NCBI GenBank assembly: GCA_044374295.1
Contig: JBILOU010000003.1
Location: forward strand, 7,988 to 71,987
Direction: 5' to 3'
DNA: 64,000 nucleotides
From: Flavobacteriales bacterium
Lineage (GTDB): Bacteria > Bacteroidota > Bacteroidia > Flavobacteriales_D > Sanyastnellaceae
Every line of letters begins with the position of its first letter. Position 1 is the first letter of the stretch. Below are positions 55,919 to 64,000 of the stretch, one piece after another. The position numbers and the translations under genes were made by a program. Under the pieces are notes generated by a model. That model ran no database searches and was not told where the DNA came from. It saw only the letters and a list, made by a program, of their open reading frames with translations.

Positions 55919-57139
55919 ATGTCACCTGAACGCTCAATTCTACACATGGATCTCGACACCTTTTTCGTGTCGGTAGAGCGTTTATTGGACAGTCGCCTCA
56001 ACAACAGGCCTGTACTTATTGGCGGAACCAGTGATCGCGGCGTAGTGGCTTCGTGCAGCTACGAAGCACGCAAATTCGGGGTGCATTCTGCCATGCCCAT
56101 GCACATGGCGCGCAAGCTTTGCCCGGAAGCGGTAGTCATTAAAGGAAACTCCTACAACTACCTTAAGTATTCCGACATGGTGAGCGAAATGGTTCGCGAA
56201 GCTGTTCCGTTATTCGAAAAAACGTCTATTGACGAATTCTACTGCGACCTTACGGGGCTCGATCGTTTTTTCGGGTGCTATCAGTTCGCTGGAGAATTGC
56301 GTCAGAACATTTTGAAGGAAATTGGCTTGCCCATTTCTTTCGGTTTGTCTTCGAGCAAAACCGTGTCGAAAGTGGCTACGGGCGAGGCCAAACCGAACAA
56401 TCAGATTCGAATTGAAACCGGGGCAGAGAAACCGTTCCTTGCGCCTCTTTCCATTCGGAAGATTCCGATGGTTGGAGAAAAAACGCATCAGCTCTTGGTG
56501 AATCTTGGCATTCGTAAAATTCAGACCTTACAGGAAATGCCGTTAGACGTTATGTCGAAGGCCCTTGGCGAAAACGGCACCAGCATCTGGAAAAAAGCCA
56601 ACGCCATAGATCCCTCGCCTGTTGTGCCTTTCCAAGAACGGAAGTCCATTTCTACAGAGAGAACATTCGATCAAGATACCATAGACGTACATAAGCTTCG
56701 TGGGCTTTTAATTGCTATGACCGAGAACTTGGCGTTCCAATTAAGGAAGGGAGAAAAACTTACTTCGTGCGTTACCGTGAAACTGCGCTATTCCGATTTT
56801 CAAACGGAAACCATGCAATGCCGCATTCCTTATACTTCGGCAGACCACATTCTTATTCCGAAAATACTCGAGCTCTTCGAAAAGCTTTACTCGCGAAGGG
56901 TACTCATACGCCTCATTGGCGTGCGCTTCAGCCATTTGGTCTCGGGCGGATACCAGATTAATTTGTTCGACGACAACGAAGAGCAGATTAGCTTGTACAC
57001 TGCCATGGACGAACTGCGAAAAAAATTCGGAGACCATGCCGTTATGAAAGCCGCAGGCATTGAAGCCCGAAGCATTGGCCGCGGCGAAAATCCTTTCGAC
57101 GGAGGTCCGCCTGTTCTTCTCGCAAATAGGCGTCAGTAA
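55919..57139 (+). CDS. dinB: DNA polymerase IV (Y-family)
   Basis: ILHMDLDTFFVSVE, PV.IGG...RGVV.S.SYEAR.FGV.SAMP and SIDE.Y.DLT motifs. Confidence 0.9.
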   Translation: MSPERSILHMDLDTFFVSVERLLDSRLNNRPVLIGGTSDRGVVASCSYEARKFGVHSAMPMHMARKLCPEAVVIKGNSYNYLKYSDMVSEMVREAVPLFEKTSIDEFYCDLTGLDRFFGCYQFAGELRQNILKEIGLPISFGLSSSKTVSKVATGEAKPNNQIRIETGAEKPFLAPLSIRKIPMVGEKTHQLLVNLGIRKIQTLQEMPLDVMSKALGENGTSIWKKANAIDPSPVVPFQERKSISTERTFDQDTIDVHKLRGLLIAMTENLAFQLRKGEKLTSCVTVKLRYSDFQTETMQCRIPYTSADHILIPKILELFEKLYSRRVLIRLIGVRFSHLVSGGYQINLFDDNEEQISLYTAMDELRKKFGDHAVMKAAGIEARSIGRGENPFDGGPPVLLANRRQ

Positions 57140-57143
57140 GCCT

Positions 57144-57151
57144 TACCTTTG
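57144..57151 (+). promoter_or_regulatory. -7 promoter box (TACCTTTG) 5 nt upstream of the pabB-like ATG
   Basis: Exact TAnnTTTG match followed by CACCC-ATG. Confidence 0.35.
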
Positions 57152-57156
57152 CACCC

Positions 57157-58374
57157 ATGCAGCTTTGGGAAAACGAACACTTTACTTTTCTTCCTCCAAA
57201 TTCGTCTGAACGTCAGGCCTACCTTGCTTGGGGAAGAAAAAGCGCGTTTATCCTAAACGAAAGTAATCCTTCCGAAATAGCGCAATTGAATGATTGGTTG
57301 AAGGAAAAGACACTTCCTGTTTTCGGATATCTTTCGTTCGAAGCGAAAAAACTTTTTGAAAAAAACGCTTACGAGAATTGTTGTTCAGACGGAAGTGAGC
57401 TCGTCTATTTCTTCGAACCTGAGCACATTTGGAAAGAAGAGAACGGGACATGGATTTGCCTGACCGAAGAACAACCGAACGAACGTTCGGTAATCGAAGA
57501 TTTTCTTTCCAACTACAAAAAAATTGAACCTTCGGCTCTTGACGAAAAACTAGTTTTCGAAATGCTCGAAACCAAGGATAGTTACATTGAAAAGATTGAG
57601 CGGATTTTGAGCGACATTCAGCGCGGTGATTATTACGAAACAAACTTCTGCATGCCTCTTCAGGCAAAGGGTTCGTTGAACGATGCCTTTGCGCATTTTT
57701 CAAAAATGAACAACGCCACGGAGGCTCCACATGCAGTTTATTTCAATGGAAATAATCTTCAACTGTTGTGCACTTCACCGGAGCGTTTCATTCAGAAAAA
57801 AGGAAACGTTATTATTTCTCAACCTATTAAAGGAACCATTAAAAGAGGAGCAAATTCTGTTGAGGATGAGGAGAACAAAACTGTTCTTCGAACAAGTAAA
57901 AAAGAGCGGTCTGAAAACATCATGATTGTAGACTTGGTTCGCAACGACCTTTCGCGCATAGCAGAGAAAGCAAGCGTTCAAGTCACTTCCTTGTGCGAAC
58001 TGCACACGTTTAAAACGCTTCATCATTTGATAAGCACGGTAAAAGCAACGCTTCCTTCCAACATAACCTATACTGAAATCTTAGCAGCTACGTTTCCTAT
58101 GGGATCCATGACTGGCGCTCCGAAAATTAGCGCGGTTCAACACATGGAAAAACTAGAAGTCTTGGATCGCGGCATTTACAGCGGCACCTTCGGTGTGATA
58201 GAACCCAACGGGAATTTCGACTTCAATGTCATCATTCGTTCTGCCGTTTACAACAAAGAAAAAAAACAAACAACAATAAAAGTGGGAAGCGCCATTACGC
58301 ATGCATCCAATGCGGAGTCGGAATACGACGAATGTCTATTGAAAGCCGCTTCTACCCTTTCCATATTTAACTGA
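57157..58374 (+). CDS. pabB: Chorismate-binding enzyme, probable aminodeoxychorismate synthase component I
   Basis: GDYYETNFC, SPERF, ISQPIKGT..R, ENIMIVDL.RND, P.GS.TGAPK and YSG..G motifs. Confidence 0.75.
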   Translation: MQLWENEHFTFLPPNSSERQAYLAWGRKSAFILNESNPSEIAQLNDWLKEKTLPVFGYLSFEAKKLFEKNAYENCCSDGSELVYFFEPEHIWKEENGTWICLTEEQPNERSVIEDFLSNYKKIEPSALDEKLVFEMLETKDSYIEKIERILSDIQRGDYYETNFCMPLQAKGSLNDAFAHFSKMNNATEAPHAVYFNGNNLQLLCTSPERFIQKKGNVIISQPIKGTIKRGANSVEDEENKTVLRTSKKERSENIMIVDLVRNDLSRIAEKASVQVTSLCELHTFKTLHHLISTVKATLPSNITYTEILAATFPMGSMTGAPKISAVQHMEKLEVLDRGIYSGTFGVIEPNGNFDFNVIIRSAVYNKEKKQTTIKVGSAITHASNAESEYDECLLKAASTLSIFN

Positions 58375-58376
58375 AC

Positions 58377-59645
58377 ATGAAAAAACTACTTAAAGATTTA
58401 AAAGCCGAATATCAAACATTCGAAGACGCGCAATTGCTTGTGGCAGTAAGCGGAGGAATGGATTCAATGTTAATGGCAGAACTCCTGTTAAAAGCAAAAA
58501 TTCCATTTGCGGTAGCGCACGTGAACTATCAACTTCGCGGAAAAGACTCAGAGAAAGATGAGCAGTTTGTGAAGGCCTATTGCAAAAAACACAAGCTCAC
58601 TTTTCATTGCGCACACGCGGGCGATTTGTGGAAGGAATCGAAAAACAATTTACAAGAACGCGCGCGCGATTTTCGCTACACCTACTTCCAACAATTGCAA
58701 GATGAGTTTGGATATACGACCGTTGTTCTTGCGCATCATGCGAACGACCAATTGGAAACCGTTTTACAACACTTGGTTCGCGGAAGCGGCTTGAAAGGAT
58801 TACTTGGAATGAAGCGTCACACTTCAACCAAATGGCGTCCACTTCTTTCCATTTCGAAAAAAGATTTGAAAGCATTTGCGAAAGAACTGAAGTTGAAATG
58901 GCGCGAAGACGCTTCCAACAAATCCAATGTTTACGGAAGAAACAAAATCAGAAACAAGGTTGTCCCAATTTTGGAAGAACTGAATCCGAATATTCTTCAA
59001 ACCCTTAACAATAGCATTGAAATATGGGAAGAGCAGCATTCGATTGTGCAAGAGAGTTTGCAAAACTGGCTTCAAGAAAACGTTGAATTGAAAGGTGAAA
59101 GCGAATTGCTTTCCATTGCTGCTGTTCACAACCATTATGCTCCTAGACAAATTATGTGGGAATGGTTGAGTTTATTCGAATTCACTACCGGAGAGATAGA
59201 TGAAATCTTGAAACTTCAAAAGACTGGGGCGAAGGTTTCGAATGCAACGTATGCCGTGGCGCGTGATCGCGACAACTATGTGCTGCATGCGCTGCAGAGT
59301 GAAATGCCTTTGGACGAATCGAAGTACGACGTTGATATTGTTCCTGCGAAAGGATACGAAATTGAAAAAGATCCGAAGGTCGTGCAACTCAACGCAGACA
59401 AATTGCGTTTCCCATTGGAAATTCGTGCATACGAGCCGGGCGATAAAATTCGTTCGTTAGGAATGAAGGGATTGAAAAAGGTGAGCGATGTGTTGGTTCA
59501 GGCCAAGATTGCCATGAACGAGAAAAAGAACTACCCTGTATTGGTGAGCAATGACGAGATTGTTGCGGTAATAGGCCTGTGCATCTCGGAAGATTACAAA
59601 TTAGACGCGAAGGCGAAGAATGTTTTTGTGATGCGCCTCACGTAA
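58377..59645 (+). CDS. tilS: tRNA(Ile)-lysidine synthetase
   Basis: PP-loop VAVSGGMDS, with AHH.NDQ.ET.L..L.RGSG. Confidence 0.85.
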   Translation: MKKLLKDLKAEYQTFEDAQLLVAVSGGMDSMLMAELLLKAKIPFAVAHVNYQLRGKDSEKDEQFVKAYCKKHKLTFHCAHAGDLWKESKNNLQERARDFRYTYFQQLQDEFGYTTVVLAHHANDQLETVLQHLVRGSGLKGLLGMKRHTSTKWRPLLSISKKDLKAFAKELKLKWREDASNKSNVYGRNKIRNKVVPILEELNPNILQTLNNSIEIWEEQHSIVQESLQNWLQENVELKGESELLSIAAVHNHYAPRQIMWEWLSLFEFTTGEIDEILKLQKTGAKVSNATYAVARDRDNYVLHALQSEMPLDESKYDVDIVPAKGYEIEKDPKVVQLNADKLRFPLEIRAYEPGDKIRSLGMKGLKKVSDVLVQAKIAMNEKKNYPVLVSNDEIVAVIGLCISEDYKLDAKAKNVFVMRLT

Positions 59646-59662
59646 CTAGAATTGAATTGAAC

Positions 59663-59670
59663 TATTTTTG
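59663..59670 (+). promoter_or_regulatory. -7 promoter box (TATTTTTG) 5 nt upstream of the dsbD-like ATG
   Basis: Exact TAnnTTTG match followed by AACCT-ATG. Confidence 0.35.
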
Positions 59671-59675
59671 AACCT

Positions 59676-61754
59676 ATGAAGAATTTATCAGTAAAGATTT
59701 TTGCGGCACTTGCTATTTTATTTTCGTCTTGGTATGCTCAAGCGCAAATTGTTGATCCGGTTAAATGGAAATTCGGAGTTGTCTATTTAGAAAATGGGGA
59801 AGCTGAGATAACAGCCACAGCGAAGATTGATCCTAAATGGCATGTCTACGCGCTGAAAGTTTCTGAGGACCCGAATGCTGTTGGACCTATTCCAACAACA
59901 CTAAACCTCACTGCAGATAATTCCAAATACACGAAAGTTGGAGGCGTGATTGAAGGGAAATATATTACCCACTTCGATCCAAATTTCGAAATGAATTTGA
60001 ATTATTTCGAGAATACGGCATCATTCAAGCAACGAGTGAAAATTATAAGCGAAACTCCTTTTCAACTGAACGGAGTTGTAGAATACATGGCTTGCGATGA
60101 AACGAAGTGCATCTTCCCGGACCCTGTAAAATTCAAACTACAAGTCACTCCAAATGCAGCAGATGGCTCTGCAGTATCAACAACACCTGCAGACACTTCA
60201 GCGCTTGTTGAAGATCAAATGCAATTGGAACCAACCACAACTAAATTCAGATACTGGATTCAAACCATTCGTAACGACAAAGAGAAGTTAACAACGCGTT
60301 TAGAAAGTGGAAGTGTTTCTGCAAGCAACACGCAAGATGGAAACATGTGGCAATTGTTCTTCCTAGGTTTCCTAGGCGGATTGGTTGCATTGCTTACTCC
60401 ATGTGTGTTTCCAATGATACCGTTAACTGTTGCGTTCTTCACCAAAGGAAACAAAGACCGTAAGAAAGGCATTTTCCAAGCGTTGATTTACGGCGGATTC
60501 ATTTTCTTGATTTACATTTTGCTTTCAATGCCGTTCCATTTCTTGGATCAGATTAACGAGAACATTCTGAACGACATTTCTACCAATGTCCCTCTGAACA
60601 TTGTGTTCTTCGTGATTTTCATTGTATTCGCTCTTTCATTCTTCGGATTGTTTGAAATAACGCTTCCTGCAGGATTGGCGAACAAGATGGATAAAAATGC
60701 TGAAGCAGGCGGAATGTTAGGGGCTTTCTTCATGGCGCTTACATTGGCTATTGTTTCATTCTCTTGTACCGGCCCTATTTTAGGATCTCTGCTCGCAGGT
60801 TCGCTTGCTAAAGACGGCGGAGCCATTCAGTTGACTGTTGGAATGGGTGGATTCGGATTGGCACTTGGAATTCCGTTTGCGTTGTTTGCGATGTTCCCAG
60901 GAATGATTAAGAGCTTACCTAAATCAGGTGGCTGGTTGAACTCTGTAAAAGTTGTTTTAGGATTTTTAGAAGTAGCGCTCGCGCTGAAATTCTTATCTCA
61001 AGCAGATTTAGTGGTACACTGGAACTTATTGAAGTACGAGGTATTCATGGGCTTGTGGGTAGTGATATTCTTTGGAATGTACCTCTACCTGATTGGAGCA
61101 ATTAAATTTTCACACGACAGTCCGATTCAGAAGTTTTCCAAATTCAGAATTGTGTTCACCACGTTCGTGGGAATGTGGGTAGTATATCTCGCAAGTGGAT
61201 TAATGCTGAACGAAAAGGGAACTTCATACAATGCGCTTTCGTTAATGAGCGGACTTGCCCCACCTACCGGATATTCGTACGCATACCCAAGTGACTGTCC
61301 GCACGGATTACTTTGCGAACACGACTACAACATTGCATTGGAACGCGCAAGAAAAGAAGGAAAACCATTGTTCGTCGATTTCACAGGTTATGCATGTGTA
61401 AACTGTAGAAAAATGGAAGAGCACGTTTGGCCGCAAGTTTTAGATTTATTGCAAAATGAATTTATTGTAGTAAGTCTTTACGTTGATGACAAGCAAGAAC
61501 TTCCAGCGGAATTAAAAGAAACCGTTGTTACTAAATGGGCTGGAATTGAAAAGGAAATTGAGACCTACGGTGACTTGTGGTCTGCCTTTGAAATTGAGAC
61601 GTTCAACAACAACTCTCAACCGATGTACGCCATTATTGATCCAATGACGGAAGGAAGAGAAGAATTAATGAATCCGATTAAGAGCGGAATTGTTGAAACC
61701 TCTGAATTCCGTGCATGGTTGGAAGAAGGCTTGCAAGCTTTCAACAATAAGTAA
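59676..61754 (+). CDS. dsbD: DsbD-family thiol:disulfide interchange protein (N-terminal Ig-like domain, CcdA-type TM core, C-terminal thioredoxin)
   Basis: N-terminal domain Cys pair (ACDETKC), TM Cys residues (TPCVFPMIPL; SFSCTGPILG) and a thioredoxin CxxC (FTGYACVNCRKME). Confidence 0.8.
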   Translation: MKNLSVKIFAALAILFSSWYAQAQIVDPVKWKFGVVYLENGEAEITATAKIDPKWHVYALKVSEDPNAVGPIPTTLNLTADNSKYTKVGGVIEGKYITHFDPNFEMNLNYFENTASFKQRVKIISETPFQLNGVVEYMACDETKCIFPDPVKFKLQVTPNAADGSAVSTTPADTSALVEDQMQLEPTTTKFRYWIQTIRNDKEKLTTRLESGSVSASNTQDGNMWQLFFLGFLGGLVALLTPCVFPMIPLTVAFFTKGNKDRKKGIFQALIYGGFIFLIYILLSMPFHFLDQINENILNDISTNVPLNIVFFVIFIVFALSFFGLFEITLPAGLANKMDKNAEAGGMLGAFFMALTLAIVSFSCTGPILGSLLAGSLAKDGGAIQLTVGMGGFGLALGIPFALFAMFPGMIKSLPKSGGWLNSVKVVLGFLEVALALKFLSQADLVVHWNLLKYEVFMGLWVVIFFGMYLYLIGAIKFSHDSPIQKFSKFRIVFTTFVGMWVVYLASGLMLNEKGTSYNALSLMSGLAPPTGYSYAYPSDCPHGLLCEHDYNIALERARKEGKPLFVDFTGYACVNCRKMEEHVWPQVLDLLQNEFIVVSLYVDDKQELPAELKETVVTKWAGIEKEIETYGDLWSAFEIETFNNNSQPMYAIIDPMTEGREELMNPIKSGIVETSEFRAWLEEGLQAFNNK

Positions 61755-61813
61755 CGTGTAACGTTTATCTTACGGCTTGACGCATTCAAAACTTTTTCGT
61801 TTCTTCGTAAGGA

Positions 61814-64000
61814 ATGAAAAAAGGACTTTTACTTTTCTTCGCAATTTGTATTTCTTTTGTGCTTCACGCCCAGAAAACAGTTGTGTATGGAACTGTAATT
61901 GATGCGGTCTCGAAACAAACCATTCCTTTTGCTCCTGTCTATTTCGTTGGAACGAAGTCTGGAACTACCTCTGACGAAAACGGAAAATACCGAATTGAAA
62001 CTTATTATTCGAGCGACACCCTCCGCTGCAAAGGGATGGGATATGCCCAGCAGTCGTTCTATGTCAAGCAAGGAACTACGAAAGAAGTGAACTTCGCACT
62101 AGTCGATGAAAACACAACGGGGGTAGTAGTTATTCGTCCGAAAGACGAACCCAATCCGGCCATTGCCTTAATGAAAAAGGCAATCGCCAATAAAAAAATC
62201 AATAACCGCGAAAAGCTCGACGCCTACGAATACGAAGCCTACAACAAAGTAGAATTCGACTTGAATAATATAAGCGCTGCCATTGGCGATAAGAAACTCA
62301 TGAAGCCATTCGAATTCATTTTCGAAGGAATAGATACAACTCAGGAAAAGCCCTACTTACCAGTCTTCATGACCGAATCTCTTTCAGATTTTTATTACCG
62401 ACGCAATCCAAAAATCGCCAAAGAAATTGTAAAGGGAACACGCGTAACCGGAGTCGAAAATCAGAGTGTGAATCAGTTCTTGGGCGATATGTATCAGAAC
62501 GTGAATATCTACGACAACGAAATTATAATTTTCAGAAAGAGTTTCACATCGCCTATCTCTGCATACGCCCTTGGCTTCTATGACTACGGGTTAGTAGACA
62601 GCGCATTCATTGAAGGAAAATGGTGTTACAAATTAGAATTTTTCCCACGCAGAAAACAAGAGTTATTGTTCCATGGTGAAATGTGGATTCACGACACCAC
62701 CTATGCTGTAAAGCAAGTAGATGCTGCCATTTCAGAAGACGCTAACATTAACTGGATAAAACAATTCAGTGTTCACCAAGAATACAACGAGGTGGAGAAT
62801 GAAGTTTGGATGTTGGTGAAAGATCAACTCCTCGTTGAATTCAACATGAATGAAAAGAAACTTGGTGTTTATGGAAGGAAAAACAGCAGCTATAAAAAGT
62901 TCGTCATAAACAAGCCACGTGAAGACGATTTTTATCAAGGCTACACCGACATTATAGTCGACCCCAATTCTTCTAATCACGACGATGCCTATTGGCAGAG
63001 CATGCGGCACACTGCCCTCACCGTCAAAGAAGAACGCATTTACAACATGGCAGACACACTGAAATCGTTGCCGCAATTCAAAACGGTAACCGACATCATT
63101 ACCCTGTTTGTGTCTGGATATAAAATCAAGGGCAACTTCGAATACGGTCCCTATTACACGTTTTATAGTTTCAACCCCATTGAAGGTAACCGTCTTCGCT
63201 TTGGCGGAAGAACAAGCAATGCCTTCAGCACGAAGCTTATGCTCGACGGGTATCTTGCCTACGGCTCCCGCGACGACCGTTTCAAATACGGAGCAGGCGG
63301 ATTGTACATCATTCAAAAAAGTCCACGCTTCGCTATTTCAGCGCACGGAAAAAGAGACATGGAACAACTCGGACTTGGCGCGGGTGCCTTCCGACAAGAC
63401 AACATTCTCTCTTCCCTCTTCAGAAGAAATCCGGCAAACAAACTCACCGACGTAACAGACATTAACTCCTACATCGAAAAAGAATGGTTGTACGGCCTTT
63501 CCAACAAACTCATCTTCACACATCGCATCTTAAAACCTGCTGGGTCAAAATATTCTTACACGCGCTTCCTCCCACTCTCTAATAGCTTTGAGCCCGAAAA
63601 CGCACTTATTACTTCAGAGGTTTCACTCTACACACGCTTCGCTTTTAAAGAAAAATTCGTTTACGGAGAATTTGAACGAATTAGCTTAGGAACAAGCTAC
63701 CCTGAACTAGAAGTAATCTACAGCGTTGCTATGCCGGGTGTAATGAATGCGGAATATAAATACCAACGTTTGCAAATGCAGGTGTACGATAAGATGCGTT
63801 TCGGTCCTTTCGGGTATTTAAATCTTACTGTTCAAGCCGGGAAAATATTCGGAAACCTTCCCTACCCCATGCTTCAAATGCATCAGGGTAACGAAACGTT
63901 CTTCTACGACGAAGCCAGTTACAACACCATGAATTTCTTTGAATTTGTGAGTGATCAATGGGCCAGTGTTTGGGGTTCTTATCACGCCGAAGGCCTGTTC
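61814..64000 (+). CDS. CarboxypepD_reg-like plus DUF5686 domain outer-membrane protein (partial, runs off the window end)
   Basis: The ATG at 61814 opens a frame with no stop to 64000 (729 codons). It begins MKKGLLLFFAICISFVLHAQKTVVYGTVIDAVSKQTIPFAPVYFVGTKSGTTSDENGKYRIE. Later blocks (FPRRKQELLFHGEMWIHDTTYAV; YPMLQMHQGNETFFYDE) are typical of DUF5686. It is not in the ORF track because it has no stop codon. Confidence 0.75.
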   Translation, partial: MKKGLLLFFAICISFVLHAQKTVVYGTVIDAVSKQTIPFAPVYFVGTKSGTTSDENGKYRIETYYSSDTLRCKGMGYAQQSFYVKQGTTKEVNFALVDENTTGVVVIRPKDEPNPAIALMKKAIANKKINNREKLDAYEYEAYNKVEFDLNNISAAIGDKKLMKPFEFIFEGIDTTQEKPYLPVFMTESLSDFYYRRNPKIAKEIVKGTRVTGVENQSVNQFLGDMYQNVNIYDNEIIIFRKSFTSPISAYALGFYDYGLVDSAFIEGKWCYKLEFFPRRKQELLFHGEMWIHDTTYAVKQVDAAISEDANINWIKQFSVHQEYNEVENEVWMLVKDQLLVEFNMNEKKLGVYGRKNSSYKKFVINKPREDDFYQGYTDIIVDPNSSNHDDAYWQSMRHTALTVKEERIYNMADTLKSLPQFKTVTDIITLFVSGYKIKGNFEYGPYYTFYSFNPIEGNRLRFGGRTSNAFSTKLMLDGYLAYGSRDDRFKYGAGGLYIIQKSPRFAISAHGKRDMEQLGLGAGAFRQDNILSSLFRRNPANKLTDVTDINSYIEKEWLYGLSNKLIFTHRILKPAGSKYSYTRFLPLSNSFEPENALITSEVSLYTRFAFKEKFVYGEFERISLGTSYPELEVIYSVAMPGVMNAEYKYQRLQMQVYDKMRFGPFGYLNLTVQAGKIFGNLPYPMLQMHQGNETFFYDEASYNTMNFFEFVSDQWASVWGSYHAEGLF

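Noticed and set aside
57248-57730. 160-aa minus-strand ORF opposite the pabB-like gene.
   Set aside because: It is an Arg/Ser/Phe-rich sequence with no recognisable motif, and it lies fully within a well-supported chorismate-binding enzyme gene.
61755-61813. Possible terminator (TAACGT-gta-ACGTTA) after the dsbD-like gene.
   Set aside because: The stem is 6 bp with a 3-nt loop and no T-tract, which is too weak to call.
62732-63316. 194-aa minus-strand ORF, the only sizeable ORF the track shows beyond 62 kb.
   Set aside because: The plus strand carries an uninterrupted 729-codon frame from 61814 to the window end with clear CarboxypepD_reg/DUF5686 signatures. The minus-strand ORF is an antisense artefact that looks prominent only because the true gene lacks a stop codon and is missing from the track.
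1-64000. Search for CRISPR arrays, tRNA/rRNA genes, IS elements, integrases, toxin-antitoxin or known defence-system genes, and long direct or inverted DNA repeats.
   Set aside because: I found none. No repeat-spacer periodicity and no tRNA T-loop/acceptor pattern appears in the few intergenic gaps (all about 145 bp or shorter). No transposase, recombinase or nuclease-ATPase signatures appear in any frame. The gene order looks like a conserved core chromosome. This was an inspection by eye, not a computed search.

Overview
The window is a dense, almost gap-free stretch of core chromosome from a Bacteroidota bacterium, probably Flavobacteriia-like. The phylum call rests on the gliding/T9SS genes gldJ, porP/sprF-like, porU and porV, on type A and type B T9SS C-terminal domains, on TAnnTTTG -7 promoter boxes, and on the absence of obvious Shine-Dalgarno sequences. 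I support 53 protein-coding genes, two of them cut by the window edges. The last one (61814..64000) is missing from the ORF track because it has no stop codon in the window. I found no rRNA, tRNA, CRISPR array, transposase, integrase or prophage gene, and I saw no compositional break by eye (not computed). No intergenic gap is longer than about 145 bp.

Gene content:
- Housekeeping genes: rocD, ndk, icd, tyrS, murF, ispF, mce, tsaB, relA/spoT, dut, gpsA, dinB, pabB, tilS and a dsbD-like gene.
- A T9SS core cluster: porP-like and gldJ on one strand, porU-porV-ispF diverging from them.
- A cytochrome c oxidase accessory operon: cyoE, two subunit III genes, subunit IV, two Sco-like genes, a DUF420 gene and a small CxxC protein.
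- A TolC/adaptor pair with no pump gene.
- An EnvC-like/DUF4292/TPR/nucleotidyltransferase operon.
- A giant type-B-CTD surface protein.
- A LytTR/Y_Y_Y two-component pair.

I do not see an unambiguous new defence or mobile system. The candidates most worth follow-up are:
1. A lipoprotein / H-NOX / HNOBA-HisKA_2 kinase operon with no response regulator (6969..9083).
2. Exact -7 promoter boxes lying 4-8 nt from seven start codons, which implies leaderless mRNAs.
3. A near-perfect 18-bp palindrome over the dinB promoter, a possible SOS-type operator.
4. A membrane-anchored radical SAM/SPASM enzyme paired with a 1094-aa DUF2723 glycosyltransferase-like protein.
5. Unusual members of the oxidase assembly operon: a Sco paralog with a relocated CxxxC, a small CxxC protein, and a His-rich insert in subunit III.

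All family assignments come from motif recognition by eye. No database search was run.
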